Of a DNA stretch of 64,000 bases, positions 39,122-48,736 are shown piece by piece. Position 1 is the stretch's first letter; the number at the start of each line of letters is the position of its first letter. This stretch comes from Deltaproteobacteria bacterium (GTDB lineage: Bacteria; Myxococcota_C; UBA6777), in NCBI GenBank assembly GCA_002731275.1, contig PCBK01000106.1:37333-101332 (forward strand), in the 5' to 3' direction. Below the pieces are notes generated by a model that saw only the letters and a list, made by a program, of their open reading frames with translations, searched no databases and was not told the DNA's origin. The position numbers and the translations under genes are program-made.

Positions 39122-40567
39122 ATGTGGAAGTTGTTAGCAGAATCAAGCTTATGGATAGCCGCCATCGTCGGCTTTATCATATCAATAGGCTCCGCCATCC
39201 ACGTCATTTTGTACAAACGAGACGTGCGCGCAGCGTTCGGCTGGGCTGGTTTTTGTATGGCTGTCCCGTATGTCGGTCCATTTTTGTACCTTTGCTTTGG
39301 GATCAACAGGGTCCAACGCAAAGCGATCAAGCTGCGTCGCTCAAGAGTCCGACTACAAGCCCCCCTTGAGATCTCCAATGCGACAGAAGACTTGCCGAGC
39401 TTTTCGGACATCTCCACCACCCTCGACTCACTCTCCTTGCTCGTCGATGGACTCGTTGAACGCCCCCTCCTGTCAGGAAACAAATTTACATTGCTGACAA
39501 ACGGCGACGAAGCGTACCCGGAGATCTGCAAAGCCATTCGCGAAGCCAAACACAGTGTCACCCTCCTGACGTACATCTTCGACAACGATCAGGCAGGAAA
39601 AATGTTTGTCGACGCCCTCAAAGAGGCGCACGACAGAGGAGTACAGGTCCGCGTTTTAATCGATGATATGGGACGTCGCTACTCTTGGGTTCCCATCGAT
39701 CGAGTCTTACGTGAGGCTGGTATCCCAACGGATCTGTTTATGAAAACAGAGATTCCTTGGAGCATGCAGTTCGTCAACTTGAGAAACCACAGAAAGATCA
39801 TCGTCATCGATGGAAAGGTCGGCTACACAGGTGGGCTCAACATCAGAGATGGACACATGCACTCCCTCAACCCCAAGCACAAAATCCAGGACATTCATTT
39901 TCGCGTAGAGGGCCCGGTCGTGACGCACTTACAAGAAGCCTTCGCGGAAGATTGGGTCTACACAACAGGAGAGCTACTCGAAGGTGAACCCTGGTTTGTC
40001 CCACTACAACACGAAGGAAAGACGCTCGCACGGGGTATTCCTGATGGGCCTGATGGTGACTTTGAATCCATCCGATGGACGATCCTCGGTGCGCTGTCAT
40101 GTGCGCGCTCATCGATCAGGATCATCACCCCCTATTTTCTCCCAGATCAGACCTTGATCACATCGCTCAATCTCGCGGCGATGAGAGGCGTAGATGTCGA
40201 AATTCTACTACCAGAGAGAGGTAACCTCCCGACAGTACAGTGGGCATCGACCGCGACCCTTCATCAAGTGATGGAGCGGGGATGTAAGGTCTACTACACG
40301 CCCCCACCTTTTGATCACAGCAAGCTGATGGTTGTAGATAAAACGTGGGTGTTGCTCGGCTCTGCCAACTGGGACCCTCGAAGTTTACGCTTGAATTTCG
40401 AGTTTAACGTGGAGTGTTACGATGCTGAGCTTGGGAAAGATGTGCACGAGCGACTCGGCGCGATCAAGCAGCAGTCCAAACTCGTCACGCCAGACCACTT
40501 GAGCAATCGCTCCTTCCCTGCCAAAGTACGCGATGGATTCGCCCGCCTCTTCTCCCCGTACATGTAG
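39122..40567 (+). CDS. cls: cardiolipin synthase (phospholipase D superfamily)
   Basis: Two N-terminal TM helices. Two HKD motifs: NHRKIIVIDGKVGYTGGLN and DHSKLMVVDKTWVLLGSAN. Confidence 0.85.
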   Translation: MWKLLAESSLWIAAIVGFIISIGSAIHVILYKRDVRAAFGWAGFCMAVPYVGPFLYLCFGINRVQRKAIKLRRSRVRLQAPLEISNATEDLPSFSDISTTLDSLSLLVDGLVERPLLSGNKFTLLTNGDEAYPEICKAIREAKHSVTLLTYIFDNDQAGKMFVDALKEAHDRGVQVRVLIDDMGRRYSWVPIDRVLREAGIPTDLFMKTEIPWSMQFVNLRNHRKIIVIDGKVGYTGGLNIRDGHMHSLNPKHKIQDIHFRVEGPVVTHLQEAFAEDWVYTTGELLEGEPWFVPLQHEGKTLARGIPDGPDGDFESIRWTILGALSCARSSIRIITPYFLPDQTLITSLNLAAMRGVDVEILLPERGNLPTVQWASTATLHQVMERGCKVYYTPPPFDHSKLMVVDKTWVLLGSANWDPRSLRLNFEFNVECYDAELGKDVHERLGAIKQQSKLVTPDHLSNRSFPAKVRDGFARLFSPYM

Positions 40568-40580
40568 TTCTTCAGGTCCT

Positions 40581-42443
40581 CTACTTCACACAATAATCAG
40601 GCCGCACAGAGTCGTTTTTTCCAACAGGGACGAGTTTTACGCGGATCTTCCTTTGTCGCTTTACGTTGAAAAAACACGTCTCATACCCCTTGCGCTCGAT
40701 GTTCACCATCCCCGCACGAGCGTAAACACAAAACCCTCTTGAGAGACGAATGGTCCGACGTTTTCCGCGCGTCACCATCAAGGTCACGCCCCGCGTGGAG
40801 GGTGAAATCCTCAAATATGTCAGTCCTCGTCCACACCTCGCCTTTTTCGCCCTTCGTCTGACAAGGATGGAACGTCTCTTGACGACAGACCTTCTCTTAC
40901 GAACGACAGGTCTTGGACGCCACTTCTTAGAGCGAACAGGCGGTTTGATTGCGCCTTTTGTGTCCTCTGTGCGCCTCGGTGATGGCGCGATTTTTGTGCG
41001 GGTGGGGGGAGTCCGCTTTGGCTCGATCTCCACGCTCGCATCACTCGACAATGAGAGGTCGAGGGGTGCAGGTTTGTGAGTTCCGAACTTGGAGATGGAG
41101 ACGATCAGTACAAGCACGATGAGCACGATCATCACGGAGACGAGTCCAACAACGAGGAACGTATCCTTGGACATGCCAGCTTGCTCTTCCTCATCATCAT
41201 GTGTGACATACATCGTCGGAGCCATAGGCAATCCAGGCGATGGCTTAGGTCGCTCAGGTTGTTTCACAAGTGGCTCAACATACCCTCTTGTGTGCGCAAA
41301 CGCTTCGGAGGAAGGCAGTGGGGAGAGCTTTCCAGACGGCACAGCACGTGGAGAAGGCGGCTCAATATTGGTCTCTTCGCCCTGTTCGGATTGCTTGTGC
41401 AACAACATCGCTGAGGGCTTCATCGGCCGCACGTGACCTGTCTCGACTCGCTTGAGCGACAGTACAAAGGGCTCCAGCTCACGCCACATCTCCTCCACTG
41501 AAGAGAAACGTTCGGTGGGATGAAGCGCAAGTGCTCTCGCGAGAATCGCATCAAATGCCTTGGGAATTTGCCTTTCAAGACGCTGTTCACTGACGTTTGG
41601 GACCGTTTTGCTGTTGACTTTACGCGAGATCAAGTCGTAGACCGTGATGGTTTGCATCTCTTCGAAGCTGACGTTTGGAAATCCGCCAGTGAGCATCTCA
41701 TACAGGATGACGCCCATCGCATAAATGTCGGTCCGATGGTCGACTTGTTTATTCAGAGCTTGTTCAGGGGCGAGATAAAAAGGAGAGCCGAGGATACCTT
41801 GTGTGAGATGTTTCGCTTCGATATCAGCGTGCCCGAGGGGTTTGGCGATACCAAAATCGAGGACCTTGAGAAAGAAGGGATTTTTTCTTCTCTCTGTGAG
41901 GAGGATGTTTTCGGGTTTGAGATCTCTGTGGATGATACCGGCTTCGTGTGCAGCCCCCATCGCATCACAGAGCTGCTCGAAGATCTCAAGACACCACGAG
42001 ACCGGCGGTAAATGGTCTGGAAATTCGAGGTAATCGGAGAGAGGAGCGCCTTTCAGGTACTCCATCACATAGAAGTAACCAAAAGGATCAGCCTTTCCGA
42101 AATCATCAAAGACGCGGACGATGTGCTCATTGCGTTGGGAGAGCGCTGAGGTCAACTGCACCTCACGCAGAAATCGCTCTTTCATCCCAGGCATATCGAT
42201 CACTTCGGGCTTCGTGATCTTGACAACGCGTTCGGGGTCCATGGACATCAACAGGTGCTTGGCATGGTACACAGTACCAAACCCACCTTTCCCAAGAATC
42301 CCAAGGAGTCTGTACTTGTTTGCAATGACCACCAAAGGAAGATTGCACTTCAAGCAAAAGTCGAGTCCATCTCCAACGTCCATATAAGGTCGGAGATCTG
42401 CGTCACATTGGGGACAATGTGTCAGTGTTTCGTCGATCAACAT
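40581..42443 (-). CDS. Ser/Thr protein kinase with N-terminal zinc ribbon, TM helix and basic C-terminal domain
   Basis: CPQC...CLKC zinc ribbon. Kinase motifs GKGGFGTVYHAKH, HRDLKPENIL, DFGIAK and APE. TM helix LVVGLVSVMIVLIVLVLIV. Confidence 0.85.
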   Translation of the reverse strand: MLIDETLTHCPQCDADLRPYMDVGDGLDFCLKCNLPLVVIANKYRLLGILGKGGFGTVYHAKHLLMSMDPERVVKITKPEVIDMPGMKERFLREVQLTSALSQRNEHIVRVFDDFGKADPFGYFYVMEYLKGAPLSDYLEFPDHLPPVSWCLEIFEQLCDAMGAAHEAGIIHRDLKPENILLTERRKNPFFLKVLDFGIAKPLGHADIEAKHLTQGILGSPFYLAPEQALNKQVDHRTDIYAMGVILYEMLTGGFPNVSFEEMQTITVYDLISRKVNSKTVPNVSEQRLERQIPKAFDAILARALALHPTERFSSVEEMWRELEPFVLSLKRVETGHVRPMKPSAMLLHKQSEQGEETNIEPPSPRAVPSGKLSPLPSSEAFAHTRGYVEPLVKQPERPKPSPGLPMAPTMYVTHDDEEEQAGMSKDTFLVVGLVSVMIVLIVLVLIVSISKFGTHKPAPLDLSLSSDASVEIEPKRTPPTRTKIAPSPRRTEDTKGAIKPPVRSKKWRPRPVVRKRRSVVKRRSILVRRRAKKARCGRGLTYLRISPSTRGVTLMVTRGKRRTIRLSRGFCVYARAGMVNIERKGYETCFFNVKRQRKIRVKLVPVGKNDSVRPDYCVK

Positions 42444-42535
42444 CTGGTGTATCCGCTTGTCATTTCAACTGTTCCGCGCGTCGTCACGTCCATCCTGTAG
42501 AGACATCAAGCCCTGACATGGTGTGAAAACAACCG

Positions 42536-42718
42536 CTAGGGCTGCGACTGCGAAGAGGACTCCTCATCGGCTTGTTGTTCTTCTTCGGCTTTTTGGAGCA
42601 TCTCTTCGACTTCTTCGAGATGGGAGGGTTCGATCGTCGTACGCATCTCACCGAGCGCACGCCGAGCCTCTCCTAAAGTCATTTTATCCTTCAAAAAATC
42701 AACACAGATCATACACAT
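42536..42718 (-). CDS. small acidic protein (60 aa) with N-terminal CxxC
   Basis: Strong SD (GAGGTG, 5-nt spacer) before the ATG. MCMIC start and a highly acidic tail. No family recognised. Confidence 0.45.
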   Translation of the reverse strand: MCMICVDFLKDKMTLGEARRALGEMRTTIEPSHLEEVEEMLQKAEEEQQADEESSSQSQP

Positions 42719-42800
42719 AGAATCACCTCATGGTTGGCGTGAGACGAACGTTTGTTCAAAAAAAGCATTCAGCTTACAACAAGATATGTACCACAAACGC

Positions 42801-43865
42801 TCAGTTCAAGAAAGAATCCCGCTTCTGTTCCTGACTATGGTGCTCCGAAAAAGGTGTCAACTCCCCTCTCAGATTGATTTGTGTCCACTTTTTGATCTCT
42901 TCGGAGGTCAAACCACAGCTAAATAGATAGAAGAGTTTTGTCAGCGCCGCTTCAACGGTCATATCCATGCCACTGATCACACCGACATCCGCGAGCGCAG
43001 AGCCCGTCTCATAGCCCGTAAGATCCACACCACCTCGAAAGCATTGTGTGCAATTGACCATCACAACACCTCGCTCGTTGGCCTTACGCAACACGTCCAA
43101 AAATGCCTTGTTTCGGACAGGTCCATTCCCCACACCGTATGCCTCAAGCACAAGCCCCCGGAGCGGTGGTCGGAGTACATTTTCGATGAACTCACTTGAG
43201 ATACCGGGATAAAGTCTACACACCCCCACCCGAAGCTCACTCAGCTCGCGCACTTTCAAGTTCTGTGTATCACCCTTCGATGAGCGCACTGATCGCCAGT
43301 TGATGTTGATATCAATGCCAACATTCCCGAGGACAGGAAAGTTTGGCGAAGAGAAAGCCTCAAAACTCGTGGCGCTCTCCTTTACAGACCGACACCCTCT
43401 CAACAGCTTGCCACCAAACAGCAAACACACCTCAGGAATCGGATACTGTGAGGCGATCAACATCGCAGTGATCAGATTTTCATGCGCATCATTGCGCACC
43501 TCACATAGAGGAATCTGAGAGCCTGTAATGATCACTGGTTTACTCAACGGCTTGAGCATGAAAGGTAACGCGGACGCCGTATAGGCCATTGTATCCGTTC
43601 CATGAATCACGACAAATCCATCGTACTCATCGTAATGAGCAGCGATATCATTTGCGATTTTAAACCAATCCGCCGGACTCATATTGGCGGAGTCGAGCAA
43701 AGGTTCGTACTCGTTGATCGTATACTCCGGCAGCATAGGATCTTTAAGCTCAGGCATCATCGCCATCCGTGCAGCCAAATAACCAGGCGAAGGTGCATAA
43801 CCAGATGCCCCCTTGATCATTCCGATTGTACCACCAGTATAGACAACGTAGACTCTCTTCCTCAC
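42801..43865 (-). CDS. ansA: type I L-asparaginase
   Basis: Catalytic motifs VVYTGGTIGM and HGTDTMAYTA. About 354 aa with no signal peptide, which suggests the cytoplasmic type. Confidence 0.85.
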   Translation of the reverse strand: MRKRVYVVYTGGTIGMIKGASGYAPSPGYLAARMAMMPELKDPMLPEYTINEYEPLLDSANMSPADWFKIANDIAAHYDEYDGFVVIHGTDTMAYTASALPFMLKPLSKPVIITGSQIPLCEVRNDAHENLITAMLIASQYPIPEVCLLFGGKLLRGCRSVKESATSFEAFSSPNFPVLGNVGIDININWRSVRSSKGDTQNLKVRELSELRVGVCRLYPGISSEFIENVLRPPLRGLVLEAYGVGNGPVRNKAFLDVLRKANERGVVMVNCTQCFRGGVDLTGYETGSALADVGVISGMDMTVEAALTKLFYLFSCGLTSEEIKKWTQINLRGELTPFSEHHSQEQKRDSFLN

Positions 43866-44190
43866 ATAACACTCCTACATACAAAGCGCCCTACAAAATC
43901 CACGAGTACATACCACAACTCCGTACTCATATGCGAACAGAATCTTTGCAAACATCCCCCTCCTCATTCACGATGAAAATGGCTTGACATTTTGGAGCAA
44001 ATTGACCACTGTGTGCATGTTGTGGTTCATTTGACCACTTCATTTGAATATCCAAAAGGACGCTATGCTCCTAAAAAATGCTATGTTTTTAGGAACGTAC
44101 CTTCCTTTTTTAAATCATGATTCTGACATCACCATACTCTCATCGGTCGTGGATGCGTCCTCTTGTATCGATGATGAAAGGATAGTTCAC

Positions 44191-44895
44191 ATGAGCTTGG
44201 GACACCTGCTTTCCCAGGGTGGATGGGCGATGTGGCCCATCTACATCTGCTCGGTCGTTGCGCTCGCTGTCTTTTGCCAACGATTTGTCGTGTATCTCTC
44301 TATCAGACACAAACAACTCCCATGGTTGCGACCCCTCCTGATGGATACCCAACAAGGGAAACTCGCACAAGTTCAAAAAGATCTCGAAGACATCCCTCAT
44401 CCCATCGCCCGCGTACTTCTCGCCGCAACCAAAGTGTCGCGACACCGACGAGACCGCGTCGAAGCAGAGGCCAAGCGCGTTGGAACGCTTGAATTGCAGC
44501 GCTATGAGAGCTTTCTCCCCCTGCTCGGCTTTATCACACAAGTCGCGCCGCTGCTTGGCCTACTCGGAACGGTCCTTGGTATGGTCAAGATGTTCTTTGG
44601 CTTACAAACAGCAGGCATGTCAAATGTCGATGTATCTGCTCTTTCAACCGGTATTTGGCAAGCGCTGCTGACGACAGCAGCAGGATTGATCGTCGCGGCC
44701 CCTTCCCTCGCCGCCCACACGTACTTGCTGAGTAGAGTGGACACCTTCCGTTTGCAAATGAGCAACGCCATCGAGCAATTTTTGACCGCGTTGCCAACAG
44801 AAGAACAACACGATGATGACGAGGTCGCGATATTGACCCCGTCGATCCGTGGCGCTTCTCCATCGACACCTCCCTTGGGACACAACGATGTTTGA
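44191..44895 (+). CDS. exbB: MotA/TolQ/ExbB proton-channel family protein
   Basis: ATG at 44191 after a GAAAGGA SD. Three TM helices. Conserved LGLLGTVLGMVKMF segment. Confidence 0.8.
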   Translation: MSLGHLLSQGGWAMWPIYICSVVALAVFCQRFVVYLSIRHKQLPWLRPLLMDTQQGKLAQVQKDLEDIPHPIARVLLAATKVSRHRRDRVEAEAKRVGTLELQRYESFLPLLGFITQVAPLLGLLGTVLGMVKMFFGLQTAGMSNVDVSALSTGIWQALLTTAAGLIVAAPSLAAHTYLLSRVDTFRLQMSNAIEQFLTALPTEEQHDDDEVAILTPSIRGASPSTPPLGHNDV

Positions 44896-45283
44896 AAAAC
44901 CAAGACGAGAAGCCCCTTCGATTGGGCTCACTCCACTGATCGACATCGTGTTTATCTTGCTGATCTTTGTCGTCTTGGCGGCCAACTTTGACAGAGTCAA
45001 AGGTCTAAAAGTCGCGCTCCCACAAGCGAGCAACACACAAGCGCCAGAGAAAAAGATCCTCGCCATCACGGTGACAAAAGAAGGCAAGCTCATGTACGAA
45101 GACAAAACGCTGAGTAAGTCACAGTTGTTGCCCAAACTCAAAGAGTTACGTAAAAAGCACAGCATCTTGTTGCTCCGAGCTGACAACAAAGTCGCACTGC
45201 AACACGCTGTGTACGTGCTGGATCAGGCATCTTCTGCAGGATTTGAATCTGTCTCCATCGCAGCAAACAGGCCATCAAAATGA
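44888..45283 (+). CDS. exbD: ExbD/TolR biopolymer transport protein
   Basis: The ATG at 44888 overlaps the exbB stop. Characteristic LTPLIDIVFILLIFVVL helix followed by a periplasmic domain. Confidence 0.8.
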   Translation: MFEKPRREAPSIGLTPLIDIVFILLIFVVLAANFDRVKGLKVALPQASNTQAPEKKILAITVTKEGKLMYEDKTLSKSQLLPKLKELRKKHSILLLRADNKVALQHAVYVLDQASSAGFESVSIAANRPSK

Positions 45284-46089
45284 GTCGATTTTCTCCAACT
45301 TTTGACACACAACCTCCTATGTTTTCGAGTTGGTTTGCGCTCTTCGCCAACCAATGGATCGCGCCCGTCTTCGTCGCTACGATCTTGCACGTCGCGGCGT
45401 GGTGGCTCCCTGTACAGCTCCCCAAAAACGATCAAAAGAAACCTCTGACCATCAAATTGAGCATGGTCAAACCACGCCCCACACCCAAACCTGTCCAGCG
45501 CCCTCCCGTACGGACCCAGCCAAAAAAGAAGATCAAGCCCAAAAGACGACGCAGACGCAGAAGACGACGCAGACGTAGACGTAGAAGACGACGCAAGCTC
45601 CCGATCAAACGAAGACTCCCCAAAAAGGTGATCAAGCGGGCCATCCCTGTCCCGCCAAGGACACCTCCACCCAAAAGAATCGAAAAGATCGAGCCAAAAC
45701 CACTGCCTCAGCAGCCCAAACTACCACCCGTACGCACACAACCTGCGCCTGTGCGCACAAAACCAGCGCCCGTACAAAAGGTCGTACAAAAACCCGTTGA
45801 CTTGGGGCCGTACAAACAATCCCTCAACGAAGCCATTCAACAACATAAACGCTACCCCCGAATGGCCTACCGCATGGGATTTGAAGGGATGGTGGTCGTC
45901 AGCATCAAGTTGACCAAAGCTGGAAAGCTCCTCGGACGCCCCCGGATCGTCCGTTCAAGTGGTCACCGCATGCTCGACAAAGAAGCGATCCGTATGATCC
46001 TCGCAGCCGCCCCCCTCCCCAATATGCCCAGCGCCTTCCAAAAACATCACGCGGAATTCCGTATCCCCGTCAACTTCACAATCCAGTAA
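45280..46089 (+). CDS. tonB: TonB-family energy transducer
   Basis: ATGA overlap with exbD. N-terminal TM helix, a Pro/Lys/Arg-rich spacer, and a C-terminal TonB domain (YPRMAYRMGFEGMVVVSIKL...SSGHRMLDKEAIRMI). Confidence 0.75.
   Translation: MSRFSPTFDTQPPMFSSWFALFANQWIAPVFVATILHVAAWWLPVQLPKNDQKKPLTIKLSMVKPRPTPKPVQRPPVRTQPKKKIKPKRRRRRRRRRRRRRRRRRKLPIKRRLPKKVIKRAIPVPPRTPPPKRIEKIEPKPLPQQPKLPPVRTQPAPVRTKPAPVQKVVQKPVDLGPYKQSLNEAIQQHKRYPRMAYRMGFEGMVVVSIKLTKAGKLLGRPRIVRSSGHRMLDKEAIRMILAAAPLPNMPSAFQKHHAEFRIPVNFTIQ
45544..45594 (+). repeat. low-complexity run of 17 consecutive Arg codons (AGA/CGA/CGC/CGT) within tonB
   Basis: I counted codon by codon from 45544 to 45594. The unit agacgacgcagacg recurs. 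Confidence 0.85.
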
Positions 46090-46106
46090 CACAAAGAGTG
46101 TTACAT

Positions 46107-47144
46107 TTACACAGAGCGAACACGTTGAAGTTGTCCATCCACGCTTACCCCAACACGCTCTCCTTCAGCCCAGGACAACGCGTTGTCTACGCGGACGTAA
46201 AGAATCAGCGCTCCAAGCTCCACATGTGCGAATGAAAAGTGTCCCCGGTACTCCACAAAGCGGATCACACCTTCAACACCTGTATTGGTATCCTTCGAGA
46301 GGGTCAAAGACTCAGGTCGAACAGAGAGCATCACCTCCCCATGAAAAGGAGCGGAGAGAGGATGTCGCCCGAGTGAACACGACACGACATCACCTTCAGC
46401 GTCTCCCTCCAAGAGATTGGTCCGACCGAGGAATTGAGCGACAAACGCAGTCTCAGGCTTTGTGTACAACTCTTGGGGAGTACCGACCTGTAACAACTGC
46501 CCCTCGTTCATGATGCCAATCCTATCGCCGAGCATCATGGCCTCTTCCTGGTTGTGGGTCACGAGCATCGCCGCGATATTCTGTGACTTGAGCAACGCAC
46601 GGACCTCAAAACACATTTGCTCTCGCCGCTTCTTATCGAGATTGGAGAAGGGTTCATCGAGCAGCAACATCTTCGGTGAAACAGCGAGGGAGCGCGCAAG
46701 CGCGACCCGCTGCTGTTCACCACCAGAGAGCTGCTCCGGCCAACGCTCTCCAAACCCCGCCAATCCGACAAGAGTCAACACCTCGTCGACTTTGTTTGAG
46801 CGGGCATCAGCGCTCATTCCTCGCAACCCAAAGGATACATTTTGTGCCACTGTGAGGTGAGGGAACAGCGCATAATCCTGGAACACAAAACCGATATCCC
46901 GCTTGTCAGGTGCGACATGGAGCGTCTGTCCAGAGAGCTGTTTGCCTTCCAACCAGATCTCTCCAGCAGAAGGAGTCTCAAATCCCCCAATCATACGAAG
47001 GGTCGTTGTCTTGCCACACCCAGAAGGCCCCAGCAACACAAACATCTCACCAGCTTCCATCGAAAATTCGACACCATCGACAACAGGTGTCGCAGAGAAG
47101 GCCTTGGAGACATCCTTTACGTGTAAAAAAGTAGAAGTGGTCAT
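46107..47144 (-). CDS. ABC transporter ATP-binding protein, Fe(III)/polyamine importer type with C-terminal TOBE-like domain
   Basis: Walker A GPSGCGKTT, signature LSGGEQQRVALAR, Walker B LLLDEPFSNLD. About 100 aa of C-terminal extension. Confidence 0.85.
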   Translation of the reverse strand: MTTSTFLHVKDVSKAFSATPVVDGVEFSMEAGEMFVLLGPSGCGKTTTLRMIGGFETPSAGEIWLEGKQLSGQTLHVAPDKRDIGFVFQDYALFPHLTVAQNVSFGLRGMSADARSNKVDEVLTLVGLAGFGERWPEQLSGGEQQRVALARSLAVSPKMLLLDEPFSNLDKKRREQMCFEVRALLKSQNIAAMLVTHNQEEAMMLGDRIGIMNEGQLLQVGTPQELYTKPETAFVAQFLGRTNLLEGDAEGDVVSCSLGRHPLSAPFHGEVMLSVRPESLTLSKDTNTGVEGVIRFVEYRGHFSFAHVELGALILYVRVDNALSWAEGERVGVSVDGQLQRVRSV

Positions 47145-48736
47145 GTGTGTTTCTCATCGTAGAAAAAGAGCAAGCAGACGACAAATGAAAGGGAGAAGAA
47201 CAAGATACACAGCGCGTAGGGCGAAGCCTCAGCGTACTGCGCGTTCTCGACGTTATCCCAAACCTCCATCGCCAACGAGCTGTAACCAGTCGGTGAGATG
47301 ATCAAGTTGAGTGATAACTCTTTGAGAGAAGATAAAAACACGAGCACCGCCCCTGAGAACATCCCACTATATACGTTGGGCAAGATCACCCGCCAAAAGG
47401 TCGACCAGTGGCCATGTCCAAGGGCAAAGGAAGACTCCTCAAGTCGAGGAGACAGGCGGTGCAACGCACTCCGTACGGGTCCAAGCGCCTCAGCGAGGAA
47501 GCGCAGGACGAGAGCGACCACAAGCAATGTAAGGCTTAAATGTAAAAAGTACGCCCACTTGAGGGAGAAAAAGACCAGCCCCAGCGCCAGCGTGACAGGC
47601 GGGATAGAGTATCCAAAGTAACTGATCCGCTCTAGCATCCGCGTCATCCACGTCGAATAACGAGAGGACAAGTACACAAGCGGCACGCCAAACAGCATCG
47701 CGATGAGCGCAGCAGGCCCGCTACTCTGAAGCGAACAGACCGCAGCGTCGATGATCCCTGACCACTCCTTCGACCATATGGAGACACCAGAAGCGTCAAA
47801 GGACCAATACAGGACCACTCCAACGGGCAATATCACAGCAAAGAAGCCGTACACTGCAAGAAACACATACGACACCCATCGCCAGGGACCAAGGGCGAGG
47901 GTCCGCTGCTGCCGCTGCGTTCCTCGTCCGGCTCTCGCCACACGAAAGGAACGAAGGTAGCCAGCTTCGACCCACAAGATCACAACTGTCAGCCCGAGTA
48001 AAATCAGCGAAAGCCAAGCACTATAAGGTCGATCAAGCAACCTGTACTGAAAGAGTTCCCAGCTCAGCGTCTTGTAACGCATCAAGCTGACCGCCTCGAA
48101 GTTACCGAGCACGTGAAGACTGACCAACAGCCCACCGGCCCATATTGCCGGCCAACACTGAGGCAAAATCACCAGCCGAAAGATCTGCCAATGGGTATAA
48201 CCAAGCGCTTGTGCAGACTCTTCGAGCGATGGATCGGTGTTGGAGAAGGCAGTACGCAAATTCAAGTACAGGTAGGGGATGTTACACAGTGTCAACACCC
48301 ACAACGCGCCCCAATACCCATGAATCCGCTGCATGGAGATGCCCAGTATGGACTTGAGAAAACCCATATCACCCCCCATCGAGAGATAGGCGTAGGACAT
48401 CATGTACGTAGGCAGCGCGAGCGGCAACACACCAAAGAGGACGCCGACAGCACGCCCCTTCATATCCGTTCGTGTTGTGAGCCAGGCGAGTGGGACGGCG
48501 ATGAGCAAGCTACACAACAACACCGAGGCGAGTAGCAACACGGAGCGAAGGACAAGATAGCCCATTCGAGCGCGAAAGAGCAGTCCGACAAGATGGGAAA
48601 AAGAAGGGACTTCTGAGGCTTGGATGAAGGTATAGAGGGTGGGAAAGAAGACGCCGAGTGCGACGCCCCAGGCACAAAGCCAAAGCCACCAGGGGGCTCT
48701 CCCGCCGAGGGAGAGCCGACCTCGTGTGTCATTCAT
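47141..48736 (-). CDS. ABC transporter permease, duplicated two-module type (FbpB-like)
   Basis: 531 aa with about 12 TM helices. Two EAA-like loops: EESAQALGYTHWQIFRLVILP and EESSFALGHGHWSTFWRVILP. Overlapping start/stop with both neighbouring genes. Confidence 0.8.
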   Translation of the reverse strand: MNDTRGRLSLGGRAPWWLWLCAWGVALGVFFPTLYTFIQASEVPSFSHLVGLLFRARMGYLVLRSVLLLASVLLCSLLIAVPLAWLTTRTDMKGRAVGVLFGVLPLALPTYMMSYAYLSMGGDMGFLKSILGISMQRIHGYWGALWVLTLCNIPYLYLNLRTAFSNTDPSLEESAQALGYTHWQIFRLVILPQCWPAIWAGGLLVSLHVLGNFEAVSLMRYKTLSWELFQYRLLDRPYSAWLSLILLGLTVVILWVEAGYLRSFRVARAGRGTQRQQRTLALGPWRWVSYVFLAVYGFFAVILPVGVVLYWSFDASGVSIWSKEWSGIIDAAVCSLQSSGPAALIAMLFGVPLVYLSSRYSTWMTRMLERISYFGYSIPPVTLALGLVFFSLKWAYFLHLSLTLLVVALVLRFLAEALGPVRSALHRLSPRLEESSFALGHGHWSTFWRVILPNVYSGMFSGAVLVFLSSLKELSLNLIISPTGYSSLAMEVWDNVENAQYAEASPYALCILFFSLSFVVCLLFFYDEKHT

